64,000 bases of DNA. Origin: Dyadobacter sp. 50-39. Its GTDB lineage: Bacteria > Bacteroidota > Bacteroidia > Cytophagales > Spirosomataceae. Shown one piece after another: positions 63,749 to 64,000 of this stretch; within the stretch, counting starts at the first letter, position 1, and every line of letters begins with the position of its first letter. The position numbers and the translations under genes are program-made. Where the stretch lies: the NCBI RefSeq assembly GCF_001898145.1, contig NZ_MKSR01000023.1, positions 61,894 to 125,893 of the forward strand, read 5' to 3'. The notes beneath the pieces are model-generated. The model made no database searches. It had not been told where the DNA came from and saw only the letters and a list, made by a program, of their open reading frames with translations.

Positions 63749-64000
63749 GTGCCTGATTTCCGCTTCCTGTTTTCCCGATTTGCATTTTCCAGCCTGCTGT
63801 TCCTTGCCCTGACCACCGCCCCGACGATGCTCGCCTCCTGTGCGCTCACGTCGGAAGACGGCCAGCAATTACGCAGCAACAGCGATTTACCCAGTCCGCT
63901 CAAAGCCGAAGTGATCGGTATCCAGGATGGCGACACGATCGAATTGAAATATATCTATTCAGGTAAGAAGGCAGGACGCCGGATGGGCAAGAATGTGCGG
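63749..64000 (+). CDS. thermonuclease (SNase)-like lipoprotein, 3' end cut by the window edge
   Basis: This ORF is not in the supplied track because it runs off the window. A GTG at 63749 follows an in-frame stop at 63737. It has a lipobox (TMLASC) and VIGIQDGDTIEL, which resembles the SNase N-terminal strand. Confidence 0.5.
   Translation, partial: MPDFRFLFSRFAFSSLLFLALTTAPTMLASCALTSEDGQQLRSNSDLPSPLKAEVIGIQDGDTIELKYIYSGKKAGRRMGKNVR

Noticed and set aside
63641-63936. Two minus-strand ORFs of 75 aa and 69 aa lie at the right edge.
   Set aside because: They overlap the cytochrome c gene end and the plus-strand lipoprotein/SNase-like ORF. That ORF has a proper lipobox and runs open to the window edge, whereas the minus-strand products are R/G-rich and featureless.
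1-64000. I searched for mobile elements, tRNA or rRNA genes, integrases, phage genes and known defence systems.
   Set aside because: No tRNA T-loop (GGTTCGAATCC) or rRNA signatures were seen in the spacers. No integrase, transposase, recombinase, restriction-modification, Cas, reverse transcriptase or STAND NTPase motifs were seen in any ORF. Only the PIN toxin-antitoxin pair and a lone Uma2 nuclease are defence-adjacent.

Overview
This 64-kb segment reads like core chromosome from a Bacteroidota genome, probably Cytophagia or Dyadobacter-like. That placement is an inference from the SusC/SusD genes, TTG-N19-TAnnTTTG-type promoters, mid-range GC and the many signal-peptide envelope proteins. 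I saw no integrase, transposase, tRNA, rRNA, CRISPR array or prophage genes. About 46 credible CDS are present. Housekeeping genes are rsgA, lipA, metK, waaA, methylmalonyl-CoA epimerase, a cyclophilin and an rfbD-like reductase. Envelope machinery includes a TamB-like/Omp85 pair, a second Omp85, an RND efflux pair and a roughly 2000-aa thioester-containing alpha-2-macroglobulin. Other content is a TonB-dependent receptor with a PepSY protein, a PIN toxin-antitoxin pair, a Uma2 nuclease, and a DUF1080/PA14/cytochrome-c dehydrogenase cluster. There is also a hybrid histidine kinase with a sigma-54 response regulator, two Tat-exported ferritin-like paralogs and a SorAB-like molybdoenzyme with its cytochrome c. 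No known defence or secretion system is recognisable. The best candidates for undescribed biology are listed here. (1) A six-gene SusC/SusD operon whose cargo is only lipid and phosphoester hydrolases, with no CAZyme. (2) The Tat-exported di-iron ferritin-like pair beside the Mo-enzyme and sigma-54 module. (3) The giant A2M with a TonB-box-like motif in its bait region and a translationally coupled GNAT. (4) An alpha-glucan phosphorylase homolog whose PLP-binding lysine is replaced by threonine. (5) A protein built from at least 12 consecutive 11-residue repeats, encoded by 33-bp DNA repeats. (6) An orphan intrinsic terminator in a 566-bp AT-rich spacer, which may mark an sRNA or leader. All functional calls come from motif recognition by eye; no database search was run.
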